NCBI GenBank assembly: GCA_021162425.1 | Contig: JAGGYQ010000022.1 | Location: forward strand, 1-60,646 | Source of the DNA: Candidatus Aenigmatarchaeota archaeon | Lineage (GTDB): Archaea; Aenigmatarchaeota; Aenigmatarchaeia; QMZP01; QMZT01 | Direction of reading: 5' to 3' | DNA length: 60,646 nt | In this document: one piece after another, positions 60,636-60,646 of the stretch | Layout of the letters: each line of letters begins with the position of its first letter | How positions within the stretch are numbered: the stretch's first letter is position 1 | Notes under the pieces: generated by a model | What the model was told of the DNA's origin: nothing | Database searches by the model: none | Seen by the model: the letters and a program-made list of their open reading frames with translations, nothing else | Program-made: the position numbers and the translations under genes

Positions 60636-60646
60636 TCATATAAATG

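Noticed and set aside
1-60646. rRNA genes, CRISPR arrays, transposases or prophage modules
   Set aside because: None were recognised on either strand. All long ORFs are accounted for by cellular functions or hypothetical membrane and surface proteins.

Overview
This is a densely coded chromosomal fragment, about 75 genes in 60.6 kb, and it looks archaeal. The evidence is bulge-helix-bulge (BHB) introns in two tRNA genes, Alba, Taw1, a four-subunit 2-oxoacid:ferredoxin oxidoreductase, a Tes-like radical SAM enzyme, ScpB, and TATA-like boxes about 25-30 nt upstream of many ATGs (GGTG-type Shine-Dalgarno sequences occur at others). In order, the window contains: hypB-hypA; a metal/redox island (MFS transporter, membrane-tethered wHTH, Trx-CcdA fusion, ZIP, FeoB, DtxR-FeoA with a palindromic operator); tRNA-Val; Nudix, DUF62 and isochorismatase-family genes; porGDAB plus ferredoxin; a trehalose-6-P synthase/phosphatase fusion; a threonine-synthase N-terminal remnant; Taw1; an Fe-S biogenesis block (two cysteine desulfurases, a SPASM radical SAM, an IscU-DUF59 fusion) whose three promoters share a TATAAC-N3-GTTATA palindrome; ATP-type PEPCK; and trxA-gdhA-ttuA-like-trxB. 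Next comes a 2501-aa doubly anchored surface protein with a mini Hint (bacterial-intein-like) domain, PA14-, DUF2341- and LamG-like modules and 21 CNGIDDDCDG repeats. After it lie a Tes-like lipid radical SAM enzyme, an AT-rich island flanked by inverted repeats, an intron-containing tRNA-Glu, a tRNA-Leu(CAG) that needs three introns removed, and Alba. The best candidate for an undescribed system is an 11-gene minus-strand operon (45673-51634). Its products are prepilin-like or N-terminally anchored proteins, including an M23 peptidase, an SLT lytic transglycosylase and three Cys-rich 'MRLSLE' pilin-like paralogs. The window ends with ScpB, a beta-helix surface protein, HtpX, HAD, MazG-like, Cas4-like, a beta-propeller protein and a radical SAM gene. 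I recognised no rRNA, CRISPR array, integrase or transposase. All family calls rest on motifs read by eye; no database search was run.
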